From assembly GCA_964432415.1 (NCBI GenBank), contig CAYSNW010000008.1, forward strand, positions 15,726 through 79,725: a DNA stretch of 64,000 nucleotides, given 5' to 3'. A program made the position numbers and the translations under genes. The DNA is from an uncultured Caulobacteraceae bacterium (GTDB lineage Bacteria; Pseudomonadota; Alphaproteobacteria; Caulobacterales; Caulobacteraceae). Shown here piece after piece: positions 25,011 to 33,735 of the stretch (position 1 is the stretch's first letter; each line of letters begins with the position of its first letter). The notes under the pieces were generated by a model that was not told the DNA's origin, ran no database searches, and saw only the letters and a list, made by a program, of their open reading frames with translations.

Positions 25011-25532
25011 TCAGTCGTCGGTCGGCGTCACCGGCAGGACGTCGGGGTCCATCGGGAGCAGGGGGCGGTCCTCGATCTCGACCTGCAGCATCATGGAGGT
25101 CTTGGTTTGGCCGAGCTGGGCCAGGCGCATCAGCACCGAGTTCAGTTCGGCGGTCGATCCCACCCGCACATGCATGATCAGGAAGGCCGTCCCGGTCACC
25201 CGCCAGCAGGAAACGATCTCCTCCACCAGCTTGACCTGGGCCACCACCTTCTCGACGTCGGGGCTGTAGGGCGAGAACTCGATGATCGCGCCCACGTCGC
25301 GGCCGAGCGCCGCCGGATCGATCACCGCGCGGAAGCCCAGCAGCACGCCCCGGTCGCTCAGGCGGGCGATCCGCTCCGCCACCGCCGGCGCCGAAAGGTT
25401 CAGCCGGCGGCCCACCTCGGCATGGCTGAGACGGCCCGCATTCTCCAGAAGCTGCAGGATTCGCAGGTCTGTCGGATCATCGACCAGTCGGTTCCGTCGA
25501 GAGACAACCTTCGTTCCAAATGCTCTTGCCAC
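25011..25532 (-). CDS. Lrp/AsnC-family transcriptional regulator
   Basis: HTH LSHAEVGRRLNLSAPAVAERIARL plus a RAM domain. Confidence 0.9.
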   Translation of the reverse strand: MARAFGTKVVSRRNRLVDDPTDLRILQLLENAGRLSHAEVGRRLNLSAPAVAERIARLSDRGVLLGFRAVIDPAALGRDVGAIIEFSPYSPDVEKVVAQVKLVEEIVSCWRVTGTAFLIMHVRVGSTAELNSVLMRLAQLGQTKTSMMLQVEIEDRPLLPMDPDVLPVTPTDD

Positions 25533-25668
25533 CGTTAGCCTTCGATTCTACGGATTTCGTGCACTTGTAGCGTATAAGTGGCATTCCCGGCAATCGTTCT
25601 CCGAGTCAACATCATCTGGTCGGACTGTGGTTCGAACTGTCTCATGCGTGAAGGCGAGGAGGGCGTCG

Positions 25669-26262
25669 GTGATCCCGGACTTCGGCAAGGCCCTGGTCGT
25701 CCTCTGCGGTTCGATGGCCCTGTTGCTGGGTGTCGGATCGTTCGCCCTGCTGCGCCAGGAACAGCTTCCCGAGGCGCTGGGGCGCCGGGTGGCGGCCATC
25801 GAGAAGGCGCCGGTGATCCAGCGCAAGGCCATGCTCGAGCGCTTCTGGGCCGAACGCCGCGCCGCCGGCGGCCCGCTGGTCGAGCCGATCGGGCCTGGCC
25901 ACAAGCGCGTCACCTTCGTTTATCGCGGCGGCTCCGACACCCGGGCGGTGCAGCTGGCCACGCCGCTGGCCGGACGCAGCTTGGCGGTCGTCGGTGAAGA
26001 GATCGAACAGGCCAGCCAGCTTCGGCCGATCGCCGGCACCGACATCTGGTGGATCGCTCTGGACCTGCGTGACACCGCCGCCATTCCGTACGGCTTCGCC
26101 GAGCAGGGCGACCTGGCTACGCGCTGCTACGCTGATCCATTGAAGCTGGATCCAGGAACGGGAACCGCCGCACCGCGCCGTTGCAGCGCCGAGGGCGGTT
26201 CCGGATGGACCGGAACCAGCGAAGTCGACCTGTCGGCCATGCCAGGCCCAGGCCGGGCCTAA
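25669..26262 (+). CDS. hypothetical membrane-anchored protein (197 aa)
   Basis: GTG start preceded by a GGAGGG RBS. N-terminal anchor IPDFGKALVVLCGSMALLLGVGSFALL. Strong GC3 bias. Divergent from the Lrp gene. Confidence 0.5.
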   Translation: MIPDFGKALVVLCGSMALLLGVGSFALLRQEQLPEALGRRVAAIEKAPVIQRKAMLERFWAERRAAGGPLVEPIGPGHKRVTFVYRGGSDTRAVQLATPLAGRSLAVVGEEIEQASQLRPIAGTDIWWIALDLRDTAAIPYGFAEQGDLATRCYADPLKLDPGTGTAAPRRCSAEGGSGWTGTSEVDLSAMPGPGRA

Positions 26263-26394
26263 GTATCATTTCCCATAATATATCTTAGGCGATGTACGTG
26301 TGCGGCTGTCATGCCATTGACGCAGCCTGCCCCTAGGCTCGATCCTGAGACGGCACACAGCTCACCTAGAACCTGAGAGCTCAGGAACAATACC
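26263..26394. promoter_or_regulatory. AT-rich intergenic segment (the lowest-GC stretch in the window), probable promoter of the 137-aa hypothetical gene
   Basis: Reads taagtatcatttcccataatatatcttagg... within otherwise 65-70% GC DNA. Confidence 0.4.
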
Positions 26395-26808
26395 TTGCCA
26401 GACCTAATGCAACTCGGCTCTAGAGCCGCCCCCTGCCGGCTCATCACGCCCAGCGGCCAGTCGGAGTACGAGGTCTACGCCGACCCGGCCGCCTCGCCGC
26501 CCGCCCTGGTGGTCATCGTCGGCAAGACCGAGCTGCGCTATGCGCTGGCTTGCATCGACGACCTGCACGCCATGCTCAAGGCCCGCGGCGACTGGATGGC
26601 CCTGGGCTCCGCCGACGAGCAGAAGCCGGCAGCCGACGACACCGTCGAGGCCTGGGGCCGCTCCCCCGACAATCCAGCCGGCGGCTGGTACGGGCTGAAG
26701 AAGGGCCTGCGCGGCCGCTTCGCCAACTATGTGCCGCCGGTGCTCGAACACCTGGGCCTGGCCGAGGTCGAGCACCAGCCGCGCAACAACCGCATGCGCG
26801 CGATCTGA
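26395..26808 (+). CDS. hypothetical protein (137 aa)
   Basis: Coding-type bias, no recognised motif. The alternative start is MQLGSRA. Confidence 0.5.
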   Translation: MPDLMQLGSRAAPCRLITPSGQSEYEVYADPAASPPALVVIVGKTELRYALACIDDLHAMLKARGDWMALGSADEQKPAADDTVEAWGRSPDNPAGGWYGLKKGLRGRFANYVPPVLEHLGLAEVEHQPRNNRMRAI

Positions 26809-26813
26809 AACCC

Positions 26814-27311
26814 GTGAACATTCGCCCCGAGACCCAGGCCGACGTGGCGAGCATCCGGTCGGTGACCACGGCCGCCTTCGCGCTCGCCGAGCACAGCAGC
26901 GGGACCGAAGCCGCCATCGTCGACGCGCTGCGGGACGCCGGCGCGCTGGAGCTCTCCCTGGTGGCCGAGATCGACGGCGCCGTGGTCGGCCACGTCGGCT
27001 TCTCCCCTGTCCGGATCGACGGTGTCGCCGGCGACTGGTTTGGCCTGGGACCCGTGTCCGTCCTGCCGGCCGTGCAACGGCGCGGCGTCGGAAGCGCGCT
27101 GATCCGTCAGGGCCTCGATCTGTTGCGCTCCAGGGGCGCCACAGGCTGCGTCGTCCTGGGAGACCCCCGCTACTATGGCCGCTTCGGCTTCAGCAGCAAC
27201 CACGGCCTGCGCTACGGCGACGTTCCTCGGCAATCCTTCCAATCGCTCGTGCTATCCGGCCCGAGGCCAACCGGCGAAGTTCGGTATCACGCCGGATTTG
27301 ACGCCGCCTGA
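26814..27311 (+). CDS. GNAT-family N-acetyltransferase
   Basis: GTG start (VNIRPETQADV). Acetyl-CoA motif QRRGVGSALIRQGLDLLRSRG. Confidence 0.75.
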   Translation: MNIRPETQADVASIRSVTTAAFALAEHSSGTEAAIVDALRDAGALELSLVAEIDGAVVGHVGFSPVRIDGVAGDWFGLGPVSVLPAVQRRGVGSALIRQGLDLLRSRGATGCVVLGDPRYYGRFGFSSNHGLRYGDVPRQSFQSLVLSGPRPTGEVRYHAGFDAA

Positions 27312-27847
27312 TCCGAGAACGCCAGCGCCACCGCGTGGTCGCGAAGGTCCGCGGGCCAGCTCGCCACATGGGCGGAGAACGCCCGCCGGTCGTCGGCGAA
27401 CAGCGCGCGGCAGGCCTCCTCGAAGCCCGCCCGGTTGCCCGCCATCGCCGACATGAAGGCGTAGGCCGCGGCCTTGGCCTGGCGGTTGCGGTCCCGGTCG
27501 CCGCTGGACCTGCGGGCCTCTTCCACCAGCTTGCGAAGCGCGACCGACGCGCCGCCCGGCTGGGCCGCCAGCCAGTCCCAGTGGCGCGGCAGCAGGGTCA
27601 CCTCGCGCGCCACCACGCCCAGCCTGGGCCGGCCGCGGCCGCGCACTTCCGGCGTCAGGGGAGCCTCAGCCGCCGTGGGCCCTCTGGGATCCAGGTCGAC
27701 CACCCTTCCGGTCGCGTCGTCGAACACCAGAACCGGCGCATCACCGCCCCGCGCCATGGCCTCGCGCGCGGCGCCGGCCGCGACCGACAACGGGCCGGAC
27801 GCCAGTTTGCGGTCGCCCTGGAAGGCGGTGAAGGTCGCATCGTTCAC
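27287..27847 (-). CDS. DUF2239-like hypothetical protein
   Basis: 186 aa. MNDATFTAFQGDRKLASGPL... resembles the DUF2239 family by recollection. Confidence 0.6.
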   Translation of the reverse strand: MNDATFTAFQGDRKLASGPLSVAAGAAREAMARGGDAPVLVFDDATGRVVDLDPRGPTAAEAPLTPEVRGRGRPRLGVVAREVTLLPRHWDWLAAQPGGASVALRKLVEEARRSSGDRDRNRQAKAAAYAFMSAMAGNRAGFEEACRALFADDRRAFSAHVASWPADLRDHAVALAFSDQAASNPA

Positions 27848-27934
27848 GGTCGTCGGGCTCCGATTTTGGCTGTCTATATACCCGGATGAAAAAGCCTGTC
27901 AATATTACCCGGATATAATTGAAGACGCCCTGCC

Positions 27935-28453
27935 CTACGGCCGCCGCCGCCTCAGGCGCACTGTATCCTTGCCGTCTTCCAGGAAGGCGCCATCCGGCTC
28001 GAACCCGGCCGCGCGCGAACAGGCCAGGGCGGCGGCGTTTCCTCGCTCGTGGGCGATGTAGACGCAGGCCTCCTCCGGCCAGGCCGGAAACACCACGTCG
28101 CTCACGTAGGCTCTCAGCGCCGCCCGACCCAGGCCCCGCCCGACGCAGTCCGGCTCGCCGATGTAGAGGTCGACGCTGGTCCCGTCCGTCCGGCCCAGAA
28201 TCTCGACCCACTCCGGGTAGTCGGCGTTACGGTAGGCCTGGAAATAGGCGAAGGGTCTGCCGTCGAGCACGGCGAGGTCACAGCGCGTCGGCTCCTCGCC
28301 CCGAACCGCCGCCCCATACTCCTGCGCCACATCATCCGAGGTCACCGGCTCCGCCTGGTAGAACCGGCGCACGTGCGGCTCGGACAGCCAGCGGGTCATC
28401 AGGGGGAAATCGGCCTCGGTCACGGGCCGGAAGCGGATCTCAGGCGCCGTCAT
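27935..28453 (-). CDS. GNAT-family N-acetyltransferase (aminoglycoside-acetyltransferase-like fold)
   Basis: 172 aa with motif GRGLGRAALRAYVSDVVF. Confidence 0.8.
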   Translation of the reverse strand: MTAPEIRFRPVTEADFPLMTRWLSEPHVRRFYQAEPVTSDDVAQEYGAAVRGEEPTRCDLAVLDGRPFAYFQAYRNADYPEWVEILGRTDGTSVDLYIGEPDCVGRGLGRAALRAYVSDVVFPAWPEEACVYIAHERGNAAALACSRAAGFEPDGAFLEDGKDTVRLRRRRP

Positions 28454-29072
28454 GGCCCCGCCGCCGCGCCGCGCGAACGCGTTTCTCCCAGGCCTCGCAC
28501 GCCCGGACCAGCCTGCGGGTGAAGGCCTCGCCGTAGAGCCGGTAGCAGGAAAACACCGCCTCGACCCCGGGCGGCAGGCCCCGCGCCAGATCCTCCATGC
28601 CCGGCACGACGTCGGTGCGCGGGATCAGCCGGCCCGCGTCGCCGCCGGTGGAGATCGGCTCGTCGTCCAGCCGGCCGAGATGGGGGCACTGCGCCCGCGC
28701 CCGCTCCGCGCAGGCCCGGTGAAGCGCCGGCACATTGGCGCCGTAAAGCTCCGAACCGTCCTGCAGGGTCACCATCCCGCCCGAGGCGTGCAGGAAGACC
28801 CAGCGGTCGTTCGCCGTCGTGGGCCGGCCGCAGACATGGCAGAGGTGACCGGCCATGGCCGCGCGGTGGCGCTCGACATGGATGGCGGCGAACATGGGCT
28901 CGCCCTCGCCCGGCCGACTGCGCTGGCCGACTTCGACCATTCCCGGAAAGGTCTGCGAAGGCTGCAGGCGAAAGGCCTGCTCGCCGGTCCAGGCCACCGA
29001 CCAGGGAACGCTCTCGCCGACGCGCCACGGCGGTCCGGCCGGCGTCTCGTCCTCGGTGTTCGCCTGTTTCAC
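28440..29072 (-). CDS. hypothetical protein (210 aa) with a Cys/His cluster (HLCHVCGRP ... HRACAERARAQCPH)
   Basis: Coding-type bias. Overlaps the downstream GNAT start by 14 nt. Confidence 0.5.
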   Translation of the reverse strand: MKQANTEDETPAGPPWRVGESVPWSVAWTGEQAFRLQPSQTFPGMVEVGQRSRPGEGEPMFAAIHVERHRAAMAGHLCHVCGRPTTANDRWVFLHASGGMVTLQDGSELYGANVPALHRACAERARAQCPHLGRLDDEPISTGGDAGRLIPRTDVVPGMEDLARGLPPGVEAVFSCYRLYGEAFTRRLVRACEAWEKRVRAARRRGHDGA

Positions 29073-29104
29073 GACCTGCCCCCCAAGGCCTCAGTACAGT
29101 CCGC

Positions 29105-29692
29105 TCAAGCCCGCTCGTAAACCCCGATCAGGGCGCCCTTGCCGATCACGTGGTCGCGCATCTCGTGGACCAGCAGATCGCGGCCGGGCGCGCGCGAGAA
29201 GTCGAGCTCGCGGTCCAGGGCGAAGATCTGGAACTCGTAGCGGTGCGGTCCGTGGCCCCGCGGCGGGTCCGGCGGTAGCCAGCCGGGCTTGCGGAACGAG
29301 TTCAGGCCGAGGGGGAACGGCGATCCGTCCGCCATGCGCGCGGTTCCGGGGCTGTTGAGGGCGCCGGCCGTCAGGCTCCCCTCCCTGGCCGGCAGGTTCC
29401 AGGCGATGGTGTGCACCACCGGCGCCGGGGTCGGACTGTCGGCGTCCTCGACGACCAGCACCAGGCTGCGCGCGCCCGTCGGCACGTCGCGCCAGGTGAG
29501 CGGCGGCGAGGTTCGCTCCCCGTCCTGGGTATAGAGCGCCGGCAGGGTTTCGCCGTCGGCGAAATCGAGGCTGAACAGGTCGATGGTCTCGGGCGCGTTT
29601 AGAACGCCGTCCTCGTGGAAGGTGGTCTGCTCCAGTCCGGCGCGGACGCCCCGGAGCGCGTGGCCAACGGCATGGGACAGGTGTTCGAGCAT
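29105..29692 (-). CDS. YbhB/YbcL-family PEBP (Raf-kinase-inhibitor-like) protein
   Basis: Internal Met start MLEHLSHAVG within ORF 29105..30010. Motifs HRYEFQIFALD and PPxGHGPHRY typical of bacterial PEBP. Confidence 0.75.
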   Translation of the reverse strand: MLEHLSHAVGHALRGVRAGLEQTTFHEDGVLNAPETIDLFSLDFADGETLPALYTQDGERTSPPLTWRDVPTGARSLVLVVEDADSPTPAPVVHTIAWNLPAREGSLTAGALNSPGTARMADGSPFPLGLNSFRKPGWLPPDPPRGHGPHRYEFQIFALDRELDFSRAPGRDLLVHEMRDHVIGKGALIGVYERA

Positions 29693-29773
29693 GGCTTTGC
29701 CTCCTGACAGGCCTAGAACCCGCCGGAAGGGCGAAGCGTTGCAACACCTCAGGCGTCGCGCTAACCGGGAGCC

Positions 29774-30121
29774 ATGGTCAGTGAGGACGACCTGCGCCGT
29801 CTCGCCCTGGCTCTGCCCGACGCGGCGGAGTCCGAACCCCTGACCTACAGCCGCGCCGGCCGGGGCTTCGTCTGGTCCTGGAAGGAGCGCGTCCATCCGA
29901 AGAAGCCGCGCGTTCCCCGCCTCGATGTGCTGGCGGTGAGGGTGGGCCACGAAGGGATCAAGCAGGCCCTGCTGGAGTCCGATCCCGAGGTCTTCTTCAC
30001 CGAGCCCCACTACAACGGCTTTCCTGCCGTGCTGGTGCGCCTGGACCGGATCGAGCCCGAGGCGCTGGCGCCCCTGCTCGAGGGCGCCTGGGCCAGCGTC
30101 CCGCCGAAGAAGAAGCGCTGA
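29774..30121 (+). CDS. MmcQ/YjbR-family putative DNA-binding protein
   Basis: 115 aa; DDLRRLALALPDAAESEPLTYSRAGRGFVW pattern. Confidence 0.6.
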   Translation: MVSEDDLRRLALALPDAAESEPLTYSRAGRGFVWSWKERVHPKKPRVPRLDVLAVRVGHEGIKQALLESDPEVFFTEPHYNGFPAVLVRLDRIEPEALAPLLEGAWASVPPKKKR

Positions 30122-30140
30122 ACCCGCGTCCCGACGCCTC

Positions 30141-30896
30141 TTACTCAGCGGCGATCAGATCTTCTCGCAACGCAACCGATCTCGGCGTCCCGACATCGAA
30201 GGCGAGGCCGAGCCGCTCAAGACCCCGGATCACCCACCAACCCGGATCGGTCTGGCCGGGATCGAGGCCGATGCGCGCCGACTCCGGAAAGGCATGGTGG
30301 TTGTTGTGCCAGCACTCGCCATAGGTCAGCAGCCCAAGCCCCGGGAGGTTCGTGGCCTGGACCACGGCTCCCTTCACCAGCCAGCGCCGCTGGCCCGGAT
30401 TGTGGGCGAAGTAGGTCACGGTCCAGTGTCCGGCGGTGCTCACGATCACCCTCGCGCACACGCCCCACAGCACCCACGACCAGCCGCCGATCAGACCGAA
30501 GGCGCCGGCCAGAGCGAGCTGCTGCAGCCTCCAGCTCCGCTCCATGAACTGGTGCCAGGGATCGTCCGCCAGGTTCGCTTCGACGGTCAGGCGGGGCGGA
30601 TGTTCGAAGTCGAACCGGAAGGCCAGCTGCCAGAACAGATCCTGGGCCAGTCCGCGCCGATGCGCGAAGAAGTCGTGGCACGCATCCTGACGCTGGGCCC
30701 AGTCGCGCGTGTCATGAATGCGGATGATTCCGTACGGCCCGGACAGCGCGATCGCGCCCCAGCTGAAGAAGAAGGGCGCCAGCAGCGCGCCGAACAACAT
30801 GGCGCCGTTCCAAAGCGCCTTGGCCGGATCGAGAACCGGTCGCCCCGCGACCGCGCAGGCGCCAGTCCCGTCGATGCGGAGCACGGGCTTCATCAT
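30141..30896 (-). CDS. acyl-CoA desaturase-like membrane protein with a divergent N-terminal half
   Basis: The C-terminal GECWHNNHHAFPESARIG His-box 3 is canonical. The N-terminal HRxxxH and HRxHH boxes are not recognisable (HDTRDW..., HDFFAHRRG). Confidence 0.6.
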   Translation of the reverse strand: MMKPVLRIDGTGACAVAGRPVLDPAKALWNGAMLFGALLAPFFFSWGAIALSGPYGIIRIHDTRDWAQRQDACHDFFAHRRGLAQDLFWQLAFRFDFEHPPRLTVEANLADDPWHQFMERSWRLQQLALAGAFGLIGGWSWVLWGVCARVIVSTAGHWTVTYFAHNPGQRRWLVKGAVVQATNLPGLGLLTYGECWHNNHHAFPESARIGLDPGQTDPGWWVIRGLERLGLAFDVGTPRSVALREDLIAAE

Positions 30897-30980
30897 GGCG
30901 CCACCCTAGTCCCATGCCTGTAACAGCAGAAGGGGCGGGGAAGTCGCCCTCCCCGCCCCTCGCCTCAATCACTCACCGGC

Positions 30981-33020
30981 TCAGGCCGCCTGCGCCGGTT
31001 CGGCCTTGCCCCTGCGCCTGCGAGTTCCCGGCGTCTCGTCGTCGTTGATCGGGACGTCGAGCTTGTCGGCCAGCAGCAGGGTCATCAGCGCCTGCATCAC
31101 CCCGCCGCCGCCTGCTGTCTGGCCCTCGCCGGCGGAGCCGCCGTTGATCTGGACCTTCGGGACCACGTCCACGCCGCTGGTCTCCAGCGCCTGGGCGAAG
31201 CGCTCGGCCACCTGGCGGGCCAGCTGGTAGCGGGCGCCGCCCGACGCGGTGACCTGCTTCTCGATCGCCTGGGCCTGGGCCAGGCCCACCTTGGTCACCC
31301 GTTCAGCTTCGGCGGACGCGAGGGCCACGATCTTGCCGGCCTCGCCCTCGCCGGTGATGCGCAGGCGGTCGCCCTCGGCCGCGGCGAGCGCGCGGGTCTG
31401 GTCGGCGTCCTGCTGGGCGCGGGCCAGCGCCGCCTTGCCCTCGTTCTGGCGCACCTGGATCGACAGCTCCGACTCGGTGATCGCGGTCTGCTGCTTGGCC
31501 TTGGCTTCGGCTTCGCGCAGCTCACGCTCCTTCTGGGCGGCGAACTTCTGCCGCTCGTAGGTGCCCACCTGTTCGTCGGCGATCTGGCGCTGACGCAGCT
31601 GGGTCAGGATCACCTCGATCTGGTTGTCGCCTGAGGCCGAGGGTCGCGGCGTGCCGATCAGCACCTCCTGCAGCTCGAGGTTATAGACCGCGAACTTGGT
31701 CTTCATATCCAGGGACGAGCTGTCCTGGATGGCGCTGCGATCCTGAAGAAGTTCAATCAGGGTGCGGGTTTGGGCGATGTTCTTGAAGTAGGCCGAGACC
31801 ATGGGGTCCAGGGTCTGTTCGACCAGCTTCTTGATGTCGCCGAAGCGCTGCACCACCAGCGGGGCCTTGCGGTAGTCGATGTGCACGACGACCGACAGCG
31901 GCAGCGTCGGCTCGAAGGCGTCGCGGGTTATCAGCGATACCTCCGCCAGGTTCTCGTCCAGCCGATGGGCGCCGGAGACGGTCGAATCCCACTTCAGGAT
32001 GAAGTTGGTGGTCGGCACCATCAGCACCCGGCCCGCATAGGTGTTGAAGGCGTACTTGCCGGGCAGCAGCGGGTCCGCCCACACGCCGCGGCGGCCGTTT
32101 TCGACCAGTTCGCCATGGCGGTAGCCCTCGCCCGAGGTGTCGGCGCCGGCCTCGCCGGTATAGCTGACCACCACGCCCGCGTGGCCGACCTCGACCACGG
32201 TCTTGGCGATGCGTTCGACCGTCGCGAACAGGCGATTGATGTAATAGGTGCCCTCGACGAGCACCTGCAGCTGACGGCCCTGGCGGCCGCCCGCGGCCAG
32301 GAACTTCTGGGGATCCTGGAAGCTGTTGTGGAAGGTCTCGGTGTCCGAGGCGTCCTGACCGACCGTGGGCGCAATGATCTCGCCCGCCGGCAGGCCGGGG
32401 CCGTCGTGGACGGTGACCACGCCGATCTGGTCGTCGGCGTCCTTGATCACCACAGGCTCGAAGCCGTCGCGTTCCTCGATGATCTCCGACATCTGGTCGA
32501 GCAGCGCCATGTCCGCGTTGTCCAGGCGCAGAGCGAAGGTCTGGTCCTTGGTCACCACCACGAACTGGGCGAGGTTGATGGCATAGGCGCCCTCACGCAG
32601 GATCTTGCGCTGGGGTCCCTTCTGGCCGCCGCGGGCCAGGAATTCGCGAGTGTCCTGGAAGTTGGTGTCGAAGGGATTGGCGGCCAGGGTCTGATCGGCG
32701 GCCAGCGGCAGGCCGTCGCGGGCGAAGACATAGCCGATGCGGCCCTGGGGAATGGTCACCAGGGACTGGACGTGCAGGCGATACTGGAACGGCACGAAGA
32801 AGTGGATGCCGCCGCGCAGCACCTCGGGCTGGAAGCCGGCCTCGCCGTTCAAGGCGATCAGGCCGGATTTGATGGAGCCCTTGCCGCTCCACAGCTTTTC
32901 GACAACAGCGGTCCTGTTGTTGCCGATGTACCGGACCATCCCTGAGGACAGGAGCAGCACGACGCCGCCGAGCCCGGCGATGGCCAGGGCCCAGGGGGCG
33001 TATTCGATGAGCGAGGACAT
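30981..33020 (-). CDS. flotillin-like SPFH/Band-7 protein (YqiK family, about 680 aa)
   Basis: N-terminal TM MSSLIEYAPWALAIAGLGGVVLLL, tandem SPFH segments, long EA-rich coiled-coil C-terminus. The start is the internal Met at 33018-33020. Confidence 0.85.
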   Translation of the reverse strand: MSSLIEYAPWALAIAGLGGVVLLLSSGMVRYIGNNRTAVVEKLWSGKGSIKSGLIALNGEAGFQPEVLRGGIHFFVPFQYRLHVQSLVTIPQGRIGYVFARDGLPLAADQTLAANPFDTNFQDTREFLARGGQKGPQRKILREGAYAINLAQFVVVTKDQTFALRLDNADMALLDQMSEIIEERDGFEPVVIKDADDQIGVVTVHDGPGLPAGEIIAPTVGQDASDTETFHNSFQDPQKFLAAGGRQGRQLQVLVEGTYYINRLFATVERIAKTVVEVGHAGVVVSYTGEAGADTSGEGYRHGELVENGRRGVWADPLLPGKYAFNTYAGRVLMVPTTNFILKWDSTVSGAHRLDENLAEVSLITRDAFEPTLPLSVVVHIDYRKAPLVVQRFGDIKKLVEQTLDPMVSAYFKNIAQTRTLIELLQDRSAIQDSSSLDMKTKFAVYNLELQEVLIGTPRPSASGDNQIEVILTQLRQRQIADEQVGTYERQKFAAQKERELREAEAKAKQQTAITESELSIQVRQNEGKAALARAQQDADQTRALAAAEGDRLRITGEGEAGKIVALASAEAERVTKVGLAQAQAIEKQVTASGGARYQLARQVAERFAQALETSGVDVVPKVQINGGSAGEGQTAGGGGVMQALMTLLLADKLDVPINDDETPGTRRRRGKAEPAQAA

Positions 33021-33180
33021 TTGTCCCTCTGTTTGACACCGGCACACGCCGGCGTGGGAAGAGGTATGGTGGCGCTTGCGGCCCACAATAGAGTTGCGAG
33101 CCATTCGCAGCCATCACGCGAGATTTGATCGCTTGGTGAATTGTCGTGAGGACGCGATGCTGTGGTGTCGGGGGAGGCGG

Positions 33181-33735
33181 ATGATGCGTCGGGTCGGATG
33201 GCTGGCTCTGGTCCTGGGCATGCTGGCGGCGCCGGCGTGGGCCGCGCCGCGCTGCACGTTCGAACACGCGCGTTATGCCATCCGGGAGGATCCGGCGTTC
33301 ACCGCCGGATTTGTCCCGATCCCCGCGTCCGCACATCTGCGAGGCGACATCGCCCTGTTCGTACGGTCAAGCCGTAGCGGCCGCACGTTCTGGTTCTTCT
33401 TTGACGGGGGCTCGGCGCGCTACGTCTCTTTGATTTCCATGCAGGATCCGACAAAGCCCGGGTGGACTTCGCCCGACGGCTCCGAAACGCCGACGGGGCC
33501 AATCCGTCACTCCATGACCTACCTGGCTGCGGACAAGGCGCTGCGTTTCTCGATCGAGTCTCCCGAGGTAGGCCACGCGGCGCCGGACTACTTCCTGCTG
33601 CCCGACCTGGCGGAAGTGCTTTGGTACGGCATCCCCGAACCTCGCGAGGGCGCGCCCGTCGGTTTCTTCCGCCTGACCGGCTGCGGCAAGCCCGTCAGCA
33701 GCCCTTCGAATCGTCGGACTTCAGGACGCAGATGA
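33181..33735 (+). CDS. secreted hypothetical protein
   Basis: GGGGGAGG RBS followed by ATGATG. Signal peptide MMRRVGWLALVLGMLAAPAWA. Its 3' end overlaps the convergent gene by about 40 nt. Confidence 0.5.
   Translation: MMRRVGWLALVLGMLAAPAWAAPRCTFEHARYAIREDPAFTAGFVPIPASAHLRGDIALFVRSSRSGRTFWFFFDGGSARYVSLISMQDPTKPGWTSPDGSETPTGPIRHSMTYLAADKALRFSIESPEVGHAAPDYFLLPDLAEVLWYGIPEPREGAPVGFFRLTGCGKPVSSPSNRRTSGRR

Noticed and set aside
25578-25997. 139-aa plus-strand ORF starting MAFPAIVLRV... as the product divergent from lrp
   Set aside because: Its downstream part is R/P/G-rich. The overlapping frame, starting at GTG 25669 with a GGAGGG RBS and a hydrophobic anchor, has far better codon statistics.
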